A DNA stretch of 64,000 nucleotides from Nemertoderma westbladi. Taxonomy: Eukaryota; Animalia; Xenacoelomorpha. Made by a program: the position numbers and the translations under genes. Where the stretch lies: NCBI GenBank assembly GCA_032718475.1, contig JAUCBJ010000097.1:1-64000 (forward strand). Direction: 5' to 3'. Shown here piece by piece: positions 36,601 through 45,870 of this stretch; within the stretch, counting starts at the first letter, position 1, and each line of letters opens with the position of its first letter. A model generated the notes under the pieces. That model did no database searches, was not told the DNA's origin, and was given only the letters and a program-made list of their open reading frames with translations.

Positions 36601-39600
36601 CATGTACGTACAGTGTGTGTACGTGTAGTTCTTATTGCATGTACGTACAGTATGTGTACGTGTAGTTCTTATTGCATGTACGTACAGTATGTGTACGTGT
36701 AGTTCTTATTGCATGTACGTACAGTGTGTGTACGTGTAGTTCTTATTGTGTGTACGTACAGTATGTGTACGTGTAGTTCTTATTGCATGTACGTACAGTG
36801 TGTGTACGTGTATTTCTTATTGCATGTACGTACAGTGTGTGTACGTGTATTTCTTATTGCATGTACGTACAGTGTGTGTACGTGTAGTTCTTATTGCATG
36901 TACGTACAGTGTGTGTACGTGTAGTTCTTATTGCATGTACGTTCGGTATGTGTACGTGTAGTTCTTATTGCATGTACGTACAGTGTGTGTACGTGTAGTT
37001 CTTATTGCATGTACGTACAGTGTGTGTACGTGTAGTTCTTATTGCATGTACGTACAGTATGTGTACGTGTAGTTCTTAATGCATGTACGTTCGGTATGTG
37101 TACGTGTAGTTCTTATTGCATGTACGTACAGTGTGTGTACGTGTAGTTCTTATTGCATGTACGTACAGTGTGTGTACGTGTAGTTCTTATTGCATGTACG
37201 TTCAGTATGTGTACGTGTAGTTCTTATTGCATGTACGTTCGGTATGTGTACGTGTAGTTCTTATTGCATGTACGTACAGTGTGTGTACGTGTAGTTCTTA
37301 TTGCATGTACGTACAGTATGTGTACGTGTGGTTCTTATTGCATGTACGTACAGTATGTGTACGTGTAGTTCTTATTGCATGTACGTACAGTATGTGTACG
37401 TGTAGTTCTTATTGCATGTACGTACAGTGTGTGTACGTGTAGTTCTTATTGCATGTACGTTCGGTATGTGTACGTGTAGTTCTTATTGCATGTACGTACA
37501 GTGTGTGTACGTGTGGTTCTTATTGCATGTACGTACAGTGTGTGTACGTGTAGTTCTTATTGCATGTACGTACAGTATGTGTACGTGTAGTTCTTATTGC
37601 ATGTACGTACAGTGTGTGTACGTGTAGTTCTTATTGCATGTACGTACAGTATGTGTACGTGTAGTTCTTATTGCATGTACGTACAGTATGTGTACGTGTA
37701 GTTCTTATTGCATGTACGTACGTACAGTGTGTGTACGTGTAGTTCTTATTGCATGTACGTTCGGTATGTGTACGTGTAGTTCTTATTGCATGTACGTACA
37801 GTATGTGTACGTGTAGTTCTTATTGCATTTACGTTCAGTGTGTGTACGTGTAGTTCTTATTGCATGTACGTTCGGTATGTGTACGTGTAGTTCTTATTGC
37901 ATGTACGTACAGTATGTGTACGTGTAGTTCTTATTGCATGTACGTACAGTGTGTGTACGTGTAGTTCTTATTGCATGTACGTTCGGTATGTGTACGTGTA
38001 GTTCTTATTGCATGTACGTACAGTATGTGTACGTGTAGTTCTTATTGCATGTACGTTCAGTATGTGTACGTGTAGTTCTTATTGCATGTACGTACAGTGT
38101 GTGTACGTATAGTTCTTATTGCATGTACGTACAGTATGTGTACGTGTAGTTCTTATTGCATGTACGTACAGTGTGTGTACGTGTAGTTCTTATTGCATGT
38201 ACGTACAGTGTGTGTACGTGTAGTTCTTATTGCATGTACGTTCAGTATGTGTACGTGTAGTTCTTATTGCATGTACGTACAGTGTGTGTACGTGTAGTTC
38301 TTATTGCATGTACGTACAGTGTGTGTACGTGTAGCTCTTATTGCATGTACGTTCAGTATGTGTACGTGTAGTTCTTATTGCATGTACGTACAGTGTGTGT
38401 ACGTGTAGTTCTTATTGCATGTACGTACAGTGTGTGTACGTGTAGTTCTTATTGCATGTACGTACAGTATGTGTACGTGTAGTTCTTATTGCATGTACGT
38501 TCAGTATGTGTACGTGTAGTTCTTATTGCATGTACGTTCAGTATGTGTACGTGTAGTTCTTATTGCATGTACGTACAGTATGTGTACGTGTGGTTCTTAT
38601 TGCATGTACGTACAGTATGTGTACGTGTAGTTCTTATTGCATGTACGTACAGTATGTGTACGTGTAGTTCTTATTGCATGTACGTACAGTGTGTGTACGT
38701 GTAGTTCTTATTGCATGTACGTACAGTATGTGTACGTGTAGTTCTTATTGCATGTACGTACAGTATGTGTACGTGTAGTTCTTATTGCATGTACGTACAG
38801 TGTGTGTACGTGTAGTTCTTATTGCATGTACGTTCGGTATGTGTACGTGTAGTTCTTATTGCATGTACGTTCGGTATGTGTACGTGTAGTTCTTATTGCA
38901 TGTACGTACAGTGTGTGTACGTGTAGTTCTTATTGCATGTACGTACAGTATGTGTACGTGTAGTTCTTATTGCATGTACGTACAGTGTGTGTACGTGTAG
39001 TTCTTATTGCATGTACGTACAGTGTGTGTACGTGTAGTTCTTATTGCATGTACGTACAGTGTGTGTACGTGTAGTTCTTATTGCATGTACGTACAGTGTG
39101 TGTACGTGTAGTTCTTATTGCATGTACGTTCAGTATGTGTACGTGCAGTTCTTATTGCATGTACGTACAGTATGTGTACGTGTAGTTCTTATTGCATGTA
39201 CGTACAGTGTGTGTACGTGTAGTTCTTATTGCATGTACGTACAGTGTGTGTACGTGTAGTTCTTATTGCATGTACGTACAGTGTGTGTACGTGTAGTTCT
39301 TATTGCATGTACGTACAGTGTGTGTACGTGTAGTTCTTATTGTGTGTACGTACAGTATGTGTACGTGTACTTCTTATTGCATGTACGTACAGTGTGTGTA
39401 CGTGTAGTTCTTATTGCATGTACGTTCGGTATGTGATCGTGTAGTTCTTATTGCATGTACGTACAGTATGTGTACGTGTAGTTCTTATTGTGTGTACGTA
39501 CAGTATGTGTACGTGCAGTTCTTATTGCATGTACGTACAGTATGTGTACGTGTAGTTCTTATTGTGTGTACGTACAGTATGTGTACGTGTAGTTCTTATT

Positions 39601-42600
39601 GCATGTACGTACAGTGTGTGTACGTGTAGTTCTTATTGCATGTACGTACAGTGTGTGTACGTGTAGTTCTTATTGTGTGTACGTACAGTATGTGTACGTG
39701 TAGTTCTTATTGCATGTACGTACAGTGTGTGTACGTGTAGTTCTTATTGCATGTACGTTCGGTATGTGTACGTCTAGTTCTTATTGCATGTACGTACAGT
39801 ATGTGTACGTGTAGTTCTTATTGTGTGTACGTACAGTACAGTATGTGTACGTGTAGTTCTTATTGCATGTACGTACAGTATGTGTACGTGTAGTTCTTAT
39901 TGTGTGTACGTACAGTATGTGTACGTGTAGTTCTTATTGTGTGTACGTACAGTATGTGTACGTGTAGTTCTTATTGAGACGCATCTTAAAAGCACATTGG
40001 CCTTGAAGATGCGGATAATCCCATATGGGATAGGGAGTTTTGGCGGCGCAATTATGTCGATAAGCCGGCATAGAATTCTTATTGCACCATATTATATATT
40101 CCATATTATGGAAACCAATTAGATAGTCAGATAGAGACACAAGTTACAATTCCCTAGTATTATATTCTTATTTTTTTTAGAAATGCACCGCACGCAGTCG
40201 GAGTTTGAAAGCAACTACACATTTAAGGTGTTTATATTCCAGTTCGTAAATTTCTATTCTTCCATTATCTATATCGCCTTCTTCAAGGGAAAGTTTGTCG
40301 GTTATCCAGGGCATTACAACCAGTTGTTTGGCCTCAGAAGCGAAGAGGTAGGTTATTAACAATCAGTTATTATGTCTCAGAAATAGCACTCTAGCAAGTA
40401 TATTTGTCGTTAATGTCGAGTAGTACTTTGCACCAAATTAATTCACACAATTAATTGAATTGTATACTTATTATTTTAAACAAAGCTGGCAAACAGTGGA
40501 GCAAACTGGAGGCGACCTAACGGCTCCTCGTTCGATAGCTGCTACCCGAAGGTAGGGGTGGGCGCTACTCCTATCTGCTACCCGAAGGTAGGGGTGGGCG
40601 CTACTTCTATCTGCTACCCGAAGGTAGGGGTGGGCGCTACTCCTATCTGCTACCCGAAGGTAGGGGTGGGCGCTACTCCTATCTGGTACCCGAGGGTAGG
40701 GGTGGGAGCTACTCCTATCTGGCACCCGAAGGTAGGGGTGGGCGCCACTCCTATCTGCTACCCGAAGGTGGGGGAGGGCGCTACTCCTATCTGCTACCCG
40801 AAGGTAGGGGTGGGCGCTACTCCTATCTGCTACCATAAGGTAGGGGTGGACGCTACTCCTATCTGCTACCCGAAGGTAAGGGATGGCGCTACTTCTATCT
40901 GCTACCCGAAGGTAGGGGTGGGCGCTACTCCTGTCTGCTACCATAAGGTAGGGGTGGGCGCTATTCCTATCTGCTACCCGAAAGTAGGGGAGGGCGCTAC
41001 TCCTATCTGCTACCCAAAGGTAGGGGTCGGCGCTACTCCTATCTGCTACCCGAAGGTAGGGGTGGAAGCTACTCCTATCTGGTACCCGAGGGTAGGGGTG
41101 GGCGCTACTCCTATCTGCTACCCGAAGGTAGGGGTGGGCGCTACTCCTATCTGCTACCCGAAGGTAGGGGTGGGCGCTACTCCTATCTGCTACCCGAAGG
41201 TAGGGGTGAGCGCTACTCCTATCTGGTACCCGAGGGTAGGGGTGGGCGCTACTCCTATCTGCTACCCGAAGGTAGGGGTGGGCGCTACTCCTATCTGGTA
41301 CCCGAGGGTAGGGGTGGGCGCTACTCCTATCTGCTACCCGAAGGTAGGGGTGGGCGCTACTCCTATCTGCTACCCGAAGGTGGGGGAGGGCGCTACTCAT
41401 ATCTGCTACCCGAAGGTAGGGGTGGGCGCTACTCCTATCTACTACCCGAATGTAGGGATGGGCGCTACTCCTATCTGCTAACCGAAGGTAGGGGTGGGCG
41501 CTACTCCTATCTGGTACCCGAGGGTAGGGGTGGGCGCTACTCCTATCTGGTACCCGAATGTAGGGATGGGCGCTACTCCTATCTGCTATCCGAAGGTTGG
41601 GGTGGACGCTACTCCTATCTGGTACCCGAGGGTAGGGGTGAGCGCTACTCCTATCTGCTACCCGAAGGTATGGGAGGGCGCTACTCCTATCTGCTACCCG
41701 AAGGTAGGGGTGGGCGCTACTCCTATCTGGTACCCGAAGGTAGGGGTAAGCGCTACTCATATCTGCTACCCGAAAGTAGGGGTGGGCGCTACTCCTATCT
41801 GCTACCCGAAGGTAGGGGTGGGCGCTACTCCTATCTGCTACCCGAAGGTAGGGTTCTGCGCTACTCCTATCTGCTACCCGAAGGTAGGGGTGGGCGCTAC
41901 TCCTATCTGCTACCCGAAGGTAGGGGTGGGCGCTACTCCTATCTGCTACCCGAATGTAGGGATGGGCGCTACTCCTATCTGCTACCCGAGAGTAAGAGTG
42001 GGAGCTACTCCTATCTGCTACCCGAATGTAGGGGTGGGCGCTACTCCTATCTGCTACCCGAAGGTAGGGGTGGGCGCTACTCCTATCTGCAACCCGAAGG
42101 TAGGGGTGGGCGCTACTCCTATCTGCTACCCGAAGGTATGGGTGGGCGCTACTCCTATCTGCTACCCGAATGTAGGGGTGGGCGCTACTCCTATCTGCTA
42201 CCATAAGGTAGGGGTGGGCGCTACTCCTATCTGCTACCATAAGGTAGGGGTGGGCGCTACTCCTATCTGCTACCCGAAGGTAGGGGTGGGCGCTACTCCT
42301 ATCTGCTACCCGAAGGTAGGGGTGGGCGCTATTCCTATGTGCTACCCGAAGGTAGGGATGGGCGCTACTCCTACCTGCTACCCGAAGGTAGGGGTGGGAG
42401 CTACTCATATCTGCTACCCGAAGGTAGGGGTGGGCGCTACTCCTATATGCTACCCGAAGGTAGGGGTGGGCGCTACTCCTATCTGCTACCATAAGGTTGG
42501 GGTCGACGCTACTCCTATCTGCTACCCGAAGGTAGGGGAGGGCGCCACTCCTATCTGCTACCCGAAGGTGGGGGAGGGCGCTACTCCTATCTGCTACCCG

Positions 42601-44661
42601 AAGGTAGGGGTGGGGCTACTCCTATCTGCTACCATAAGGTAGGGGTGGACGCTACTCCTATCTGCTACCCGAAGGTAAGGGATGGCGCTACTTCTATCTG
42701 CTACCCGAAGGTAGGGGTGGGCGCTACTCCTGTCTGCTACCATAAGGTAGGGGTGGGCGCTATTCCTATCTGCTACCCGAAAGTAGGGGAGGGCGCTACT
42801 CCTATCTGCTACCCAAAGGTAGGGGTCGGCGCTACTCCTATCTGCCACCCGAAGGTAGGGGTGGAAGCTATTCCTATCTGCTACCCGAAGGTAGGGGTGG
42901 GCGCTACTCCTATCTGCTACCCGAAGGTAGGGGTGAGCGCTACTCCTATCTGGTACCCGAGGGTAGGGGTGGGCGCTACTCCTATCTGCTACCCGAAGGT
43001 AGGGGTGGGCGCTACTCCTATCTGGTACCCGAGGGTAGGGGTGGGCGCTACTCCTATCTGCTACCCGAAGGTAGGGGTGGGCGCTACTCCTATTTGCTAC
43101 CCGAAGGTGGGGGAGGGCGCTACTCCTATCTGCTACCCTGAAGGTAGGGGTGGGCGCTACTCCTATCTACTACCCGAATGTAGGGATGGGCGCTACTCCT
43201 ATCTGCTAACCGAAGGTAGGGGTGGGCGCTACTCCTATCTGCTATCCGAAGGTTGGGGTGGACGCTACTCCTATCTGCTACCCGAAGGTAGGGGTAAGCG
43301 CTACTCATATCTGCTACCCGAAAGTAGGGGTGGGCGCTACTCCTATCTGCTACCCGAAGGTAGGGGTGGGCGCTACTCCTATCTGCTACCCGAAGGTAGG
43401 GTTCTGCGCTACTCCTATCTGCTACCCGAAGGTAGGGGTGGGCGCTACTCCTATCTGCTACCCGAAGGTAGGGGTGGGCGCTACTCCTATCTGCTACCCG
43501 AATGTAGGGATGGGCGCTACTCCTATCTGCTACCCGAGAGTAAGAGTGGGAGCTACTCCTATCTGCTACCCGAGGGTAGGTGTGGGCGCTACTCCTATCT
43601 GCTCGGAAGGTAGGGGTGGGCGCTACTCCTATCTGCTACCCGAAGGTAGGGGTGGGCGCTACTCCTATCTGCTACCCGAATGTAGGGGTGGGCGCTACTC
43701 CTATCTGCTACCCGAAGGTAGGGGTGGGCGCTACTCCTATCTGCAACCCGAAGGTAGGGGTGGGCGCTACTCCTATCTGCTACCCGAAGGTATGGGTGGG
43801 CGCTACTCCTATCTGCTACCCGAATGTAGGGGTGGGCGCTACTCCTATCTGCTAACCGAAGGTAGGGGTGGGCGCTACTCCTATCTGCTATCCGAAGGTT
43901 GGGGTGGACGCTACTCCTATCTGCTACCCGAAGGTAGGGGTAAGCGCTACTCATATCTGCTACCCGAAAGTAGGGGTGGACGCTACTCCTATCTGGTACC
44001 CGAGGGTAGGGGTGGGCGCTACTCCTATCTGCTACCCGAAGGTAGGGGAGGGCGCTACTCCCTGCTACCCGAAGGTAGGGGTGGGCGCTACTCCTATCTG
44101 CTACCCGAAGGTAGGGGTGGGCGCTACTCCTATCTGCTACCCGAAGATAGGGGTGGGCGCTACCCCTACCTGCTCCCCGAAGGTAGGGGTGGGCGCTACT
44201 CCTATCTACTACACGAATGTAGGGATGGACGCTACTCCTATCTGCTACCCGAAGGTAGGGGTGGACGCTACTCCTATCTGGTACCCGAGGGTAGGGGTGG
44301 GAGCTACTCCTATCTGGTACCCGAGGGTAGGGGTGGGCGCTACTCCTATACCAAGTTTTGCTCCCAGTAATTCAACTGGTAATCATTTTATAGACCCCAG
44401 CGGATGAAAGGCTGATTGGATCCAGGCTGGGTTCGAACCTGCAACCAATAGATTGTAATCTCGGCGCTTAACCAACTGAGCTAGCTTGTCCGCCCATATA
44501 TTATATTGATTTTTACCTATATATATTTATTATTTTTAATCGGTTCCTATTTTTCTATTTCAGTGTGGAAATGGAGGTTGTCTTGTGGAATTAGCGCAGC
44601 AACTTGCAATTATTATGATAGGAAAACAATTCGTAAACAACTGCCAAGAAGTTTTTGTGCC
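3536..44661 (+). CDS. ANO7: Anoctamin/TMEM16 family gene (ANO7-like), partial; 11 coding exons in window: 3536-3751, 4197-4304, 4443-4579, 27299-27467, 30840-31008, 32358-32448, 32745-32985, 33211-33348, 36150-36351, 40181-40347, 44564-44661
   Basis: All exons are flanked by AG/GT and the phases join into one open frame of ~578 codons. Anoctamin motifs: [108 protein letters not shown]. The family is certain; the ANO7 paralog call is from remembered similarity only. Confidence 0.93.
4197..4304 (+). CDS. ANO7: Anoctamin exon
   Basis: ttag|GCG...CAG|gtaacc; 108 nt; [36 protein letters not shown] (not in ORF track). Confidence 0.92.
4443..4579 (+). CDS. ANO7: Anoctamin exon
   Basis: tttcag|AAA...CG|gttggt; 137 nt, phase 0/2; [46 protein letters not shown]; its phase matches the exon at 27299. 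Confidence 0.88.
5100..7496 (+). mobile_element. L2/Crack/CR1-group LINE fragment: APE endonuclease and linker of ORF2, broken and truncated before RT
   Basis: [57 protein letters not shown]...RLERQYRK; stop at 6819-6821 and a frameshift near 6920. Confidence 0.88.
5482..6138. mobile_element. Solo LTR (657 bp) inserted in the LINE endonuclease
   Basis: TGTAAGCGGATT...AATCCCGTCACA termini; 5-bp TSD AGAAT (5477-5481 and 6139-6143); removal restores the frame [15 protein letters not shown]. Confidence 0.88.
7496..8073. mobile_element. Non-autonomous DNA-transposon-like fragment ending GGTTAA (piggyBac-like MITE end?)
   Basis: Abrupt junction with the LINE; ggggggccgaatcgacccccg hairpin near the end; terminal ggttaa. 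Other end not found. Confidence 0.3.
8074..9598. mobile_element. Kolobok-like non-autonomous DNA transposon
   Basis: 18-bp perfect TIR ggggagatggtaccccag / ctggggtaccatctcccc; TTAA on the left only; internal (CAGA)n tracts and repeated ~140-180 bp units in direct and inverted orientation. Confidence 0.7.
9597..10365 (-). mobile_element. Fragmented RTE LINE 3' end (9597-9660, 10240-10365; continues at 27216-27235 after the BEL insertion)
   Basis: Matches 34968-35225 of the RTE copy (cacaactccctatc, catcttcaaggccagt, gaaagtcatgggctgtccacca, accaatgag.cacctc|caatgtta). Confidence 0.7.
9662..9740 (-). mobile_element. L2-type LINE/SINE 3' terminus with (TAA)n tail
   Basis: Minus strand reads aagcgctctgaaactggctcagaagagcgctatatag followed by (taa)n, the typical L2 3' stem-loop and microsatellite tail. 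Confidence 0.6.
10366..11554 (+). repeat. 5' LTR of BEL element 1 (1189 bp)
   Basis: TGTAAAAGC...GCGCGAACA; only one substitution seen versus the 3' LTR (gccatatCgttg vs gccatatAgttg). Confidence 0.95.
11555..11566 (+). promoter_or_regulatory. Non-canonical primer-binding site of BEL-1 (identical in BEL-2 at 45871-45882)
   Basis: ATAACGGATATA directly after the LTR; no TGG; exact reverse complement of LTR-internal TATATCCGTTAT (10807-10818, 21734-21745, 45114-45125). Confidence 0.6.
11838..12410 (+). repeat. Tandem duplication (289-bp period) in the BEL-1 leader; same duplication at ~46237-46810 in BEL-2
   Basis: agataatttgtaggc at 11838 and 12127, with a near-invariant ~170-nt core. Confidence 0.9.
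13730..18226 (+). CDS. BEL/Pao Gag-protease polyprotein fused in frame to post-RNase H and post-integrase remnants (1498 aa)
   Basis: Ala/Glu/Lys coiled coil; Pao Gag core ([12 protein letters not shown]...LNIRYGN); [13 protein letters not shown] / [14 protein letters not shown] / [13 protein letters not shown]; protease [12 protein letters not shown]; NPTDIASRG; no YMDD or DDE motifs. Confidence 0.93.
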   Translation: MSDSQQTLSDSLLEGVRMSIRLRQRLKRICDQDQSMEHPRPKSKSPPTVRKIIPQVVVSDPRLVQHRRSIIGTRAQVKRGQEAVEPQQPASQELTSQRPDSSSSSDTVERTPERGAKMADKVYDERPTYEESTDATSSQEESEVTAEKPHKRDAIDIYLSDYQRFVGDEELRRRLEGLSPNSEGTKLVLDAIDAEMLAANQAKFDEQLRLTRVQEEQVKKKRIEDRKKAAVAAAEAERKAAEEESKAAEMERKAAATAAEAKAAAAEAKAAATAAEAEAKRKAAEMKRKAEMAVAEAERRAAEEITQLELENIQENQDCINTQLTASNMQMMNRSTPKRQGYTSSEEGDTTDTEGKGNRSRLSRRKRMFHHQKLPDLPPAVRRQLNNTNLGSTEPTDQIIKIERLPTIIDEPEIIRPVLEITPSVIDTPVLPETTSKFPLHSTKLPVPSRTAQETVQVLDPERNIHDLSPVVPRPPATTLATPASAVEWVDERRRGMDLLLGQMQETVQQFKGTVRESRLELQEVQQSIALERDKLVNTQRGIPPPSVTMCQPVRSEVSHAQGVEPTRIYTASEVETPIVNLIKGNYRPVDNDIPYRPDHNPRNLYTDNSILNNTMAQESFTRQMARTEARQAVKVGEIVKFNGDEMKWLPFNEYYKDNIQNSVLSNGEKLRFLIECLEGSPKLMALKFIGHPDGLRQVWDTLNIRYGNRTNIARYLYAKLMAPRKFLSSGIIEFSDEIQEICSQLDWLGKSHEYQNSMVVGALASTLPKGGVGTRWDKKVLYMMEQQQRDPTMADLMSFLDSEVKLQLIKQSREKTAESKVSEKPVSRRRVTPVCYTDDGESQTSQGEDSGKDTDRSYYVNKMPKDQVSKSKSRPNDRREPVQKTPPTSPKRIQVRKPEERTSVHHIAQVKVSNIKPKCVLCDGPHRLNACDKFLRKSLKDRREVMWDKRLCYNCLRRGHQRRTCYSDARCAKCGAKHHILLHTEFERNSPSQVSESELHVQFSDVNDTDQSEMEGFYTDEFSDQNESCYLINTTAVYRALMHEKDTDSDLTLTTSDQQPSWKAPTSNIGIREFPVVQLRVHGPQKSYIVNALLDSGSTGTFIDKELAEVIFAGQPKFRTKLNMSGIMQVWNSTVAADYYIGELSTPQDKLGEYSIRSVKMVAIKNFATTQVEPYNWDEDDHAQQLNIPRFDTDYPGVQILIGQNAHEALETLEKRPTQPQPLQTYAVRTRVGWYLTGPSRRTLRERLLQDRVCQVSEWEDDTSEGDDPTEGTPHSSDNDNLSSNVDQWRYCPKKFNPTDIASRGATPQELTDTTDRLGEPDFLSKEDEWPPHLTPTEIRPAKGAEKVKPKTRTGGSELFEPGIDLSVLHIARDDAVDLDLPTASGSFMKIRESDWSSGTSDVSQGLSPLLQGATDHYSSWNRLCKAVVYLERCFYRHYSRTKRKPGIVFGMQRLNHPVGRLCLPEGNGGLSGNCGRQDSLPTTTSLILQTSRDSIT
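23809..25546 (-). CDS. Two-exon accessory protein (~500 aa) of the CACT element (25546-24918 joined to 24685-23809)
   Basis: GKLYN-AG|gtaagt...cag|G-FVTVRKK joins the two ORFs in frame; N-terminal Cys/His cluster ([16 protein letters not shown]); C-terminal VDLAFKL..V..LRYP....VWLFLE motif as in animal EnSpm accessory / SAMD3-like proteins. Start codon uncertain. Confidence 0.75.
25861..26312. mobile_element. MITE-like element nested in the CACT element
   Basis: Imperfect TIR cagttaagaacactggtcac / gtgaccagtgttcctgactg plus an inner inverted repeat atttacagccagaa / ttctggctgtaaat; TSD not preserved. Confidence 0.55.
27299..27467 (+). CDS. ANO7: Anoctamin exon
   Basis: aacag|A TTC...GAG|gtcagt; [24 protein letters not shown]...YSAAFPLHE. 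Confidence 0.93.
29005..29660. repeat. Minisatellite, 47-bp unit x ~14
   Basis: ttaaatactgaaggtactactgtgttttgggaacacccccgccaata, head to tail, one variant base seen. Confidence 0.97.
30240..30700. mobile_element. Unclassified hairpin-bearing non-autonomous element (Crypton/Helentron-like)
   Basis: Long imperfect inverted repeat at 30245-30361 around ccgagcgccagcgagg; second hairpin ctttattgtccg-N8-cggacaataaag at ~30645-30677. Confidence 0.4.
30840..31008 (+). CDS. ANO7: Anoctamin exon (pre-TM1)
   Basis: ttttag|GGA...G|gttagt; GTYQIP...[40 protein letters not shown]. Confidence 0.95.
31108..32010. repeat. Minisatellite, 33-bp unit x ~27
   Basis: gctgtgagtgacggagccaacattgttgttaat with g[t/c]gagt and gtt/att variants. 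Confidence 0.97.
32358..32448 (+). CDS. ANO7: Anoctamin exon (TM1)
   Basis: tttcag|GG TTT...TC|gttagt; [30 protein letters not shown]. Confidence 0.9.
32745..32985 (+). CDS. ANO7: Anoctamin exon (TM1-2 loop, TM2)
   Basis: tttcag|A CAG...GAG|gttact; [28 protein letters not shown]...FLEYWKR...YEDEE. Confidence 0.92.
33211..33348 (+). CDS. ANO7: Anoctamin exon
   Basis: tgtag|GAA...ATG|gttagt; [46 protein letters not shown]. Confidence 0.92.
33383..33700 (-). mobile_element. 5'-truncated RTE LINE (second family) with duplicated 3' end and (TAG)n tail
   Basis: [11 protein letters not shown]...[24 protein letters not shown]...MENREAW is an RTE C-terminus; ~59-bp terminal segment present twice. 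Confidence 0.85.
34931..35690 (-). mobile_element. 5'-truncated RTE LINE (RT C-terminal part)
   Basis: [49 protein letters not shown]. Confidence 0.9.
36150..36351 (+). CDS. ANO7: Anoctamin exon (TM3-TM4)
   Basis: tttcag|ATG...TGG G|gtaagt; [15 protein letters not shown]...[12 protein letters not shown]. Confidence 0.93.
36475..39976. repeat. Minisatellite, 37-bp unit x ~95
   Basis: gtgtagttcttattgcatgtacgtacagt[g/a]tgtgtac; contains the palindrome tgtacgtaca. Confidence 0.97.
39970..40075 (+). mobile_element. RTE 3' fragment abutting the 37-bp satellite
   Basis: gagacgcatcttaaa...ggccttgaagatgcggat...gatagggagtt.tggcggcgcaatt is the reverse complement of 34945-35046. Confidence 0.75.
40181..40347 (+). 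CDS. ANO7: Anoctamin exon (TM5)
   Basis: tttttag|AA ATG...GAG|gtaggt; [56 protein letters not shown]. Confidence 0.95.
40470..44492 (-). mobile_element. tRNA-derived SINE with Meta-like domain, internally expanded by a 36-bp satellite
   Basis: Minus strand: A box tagctcagttgg (44483-44472), B box ggttcgaaccc (~44439-44429), central cagcctttcatccgctggggtctataaaatgattaccag, then the satellite, then a short tail to ~40470. Confidence 0.7.
40539..44349. repeat. GC-rich minisatellite, 36-bp unit x ~106, with higher-order duplication
   Basis: ctgctacccgaaggtaggggtgggcgctactcctat; a rare variant series near 40830-41070 recurs near 42630-42870. Confidence 0.97.
44564..44661 (+). CDS. ANO7: Anoctamin exon (TM6)
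   Basis: tttcag|TGT...CC|gtgagt; [33 protein letters not shown]. Confidence 0.95.
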
Positions 44662-44698
44662 GTGAGTAATAATTGGTACTCTATACACTAAGACTTAT

Positions 44699-45870
44699 TG
44701 TAAAAGCTTTTGTGGGATAACTGATTCGTTTGCCTTGCTAACCAGTTCCCCCCAGTCGCTAGAATACTCTAAAAAGGGATCTATAACTCGAATAGCGCAA
44801 GCTACCGGCTGATTGGCTGATTCGCTGTGCGAAGGGATCTGGGCTACGTTTGATTGTCCAACCAGCTTGGGAAAGTATCTGCCTATAGGATTTGAGTTGA
44901 TTTTGATTTCGACCTATCACAGATCTGCTGAACTGAATTTTCCTATCTTTATGCTCTTTCTCTGTGTTGGGTGGAAGCCTTTGTAAATAAGGTTATTCTT
45001 ATCAGTTTTCAGTGTTGTTGGTCTTTCTTTCCTAAGCCAGGAGAGAACGGCTTGTAAATATTTTGTGCTTTTCTGTTTTAGTCTAACACTAGTAGGCTTA
45101 ATTATAAAGGGCATATATCCGTTATCAAACTGATGCACAACACTTAATATCAAACTAATGAACTTAACGCACACTGAATTACTGTGCATACTTTTATATT
45201 GTTATACTGCTATTTACTGTCAGTTCTTCATAATATGGTTGATGAATTATTATATTTGGAATAACGATAAATAACCCCGAAACCCAATATTCTTGATATA
45301 CCGAAGGTAAGAGAGAAAGGTTACATATAACGATTGTGACTTATGTTAAAGTGGTTTGAAGTGAATCTAATGTTATTTGATAGACCCTACATGAGTCGGT
45401 CCGTGTTCCTTTTATATATAACTAAAATCAGTGAAGATCGGCAGATCAGTGTGCAGTATTGTGCAGCATCGTGTATGAGTGATACTGATAACGAAGCATT
45501 TCCTAAAGAATGCGCCATATATGTGAATTATAACTAAGCCATATCGTTGTGAGTAGTTTAAGTCATAACTCTGTTTATATAGATAGAGCGCCACGTCCTA
45601 AAGGAACTGTTAATATTCCCCGAAGGTGAATAATATTGTCAGAGATTATATAATACTGTCAGTCGAATAATACATTAGGCTTACATAGCAATAAAATTTA
45701 AGCCGTCGAACCCAATCTCCCGGGTATATCCAGCGGGTGAATGATCGCGCACTGATTGGTTTCGACTAGTGTAGTGAATTAAATACTTGTCATAGACTAA
45801 AGGTGATTTATTATCTAGAAGACATCCTAATTTGGCGGGTTAAACTGCCAAAGGTCTAAAAGCGCGAACA
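44699..45870 (+). repeat. 5' LTR of BEL element 2 (1172 bp)
   Basis: TGTAAAAGCTTTTG...GCGCGAACA; 3' ~630 bp highly similar to the element 1 LTR, 5' ~330 bp not alignable. Confidence 0.9.

Noticed and set aside
36487-40140. Many 60-71 aa Cys/Val/Tyr-rich ORFs
   Set aside because: Translations of the 37-bp satellite.
40471-44407. Long repetitive ORFs (673, 382, 322 aa etc.)
   Set aside because: 36-bp satellite with frameshifting indels; open in several frames on both strands.
44425-44492. tRNA gene on the minus strand
   Set aside because: A and B boxes are present but there is no convincing acceptor or anticodon stem, and it runs into a SINE central domain.
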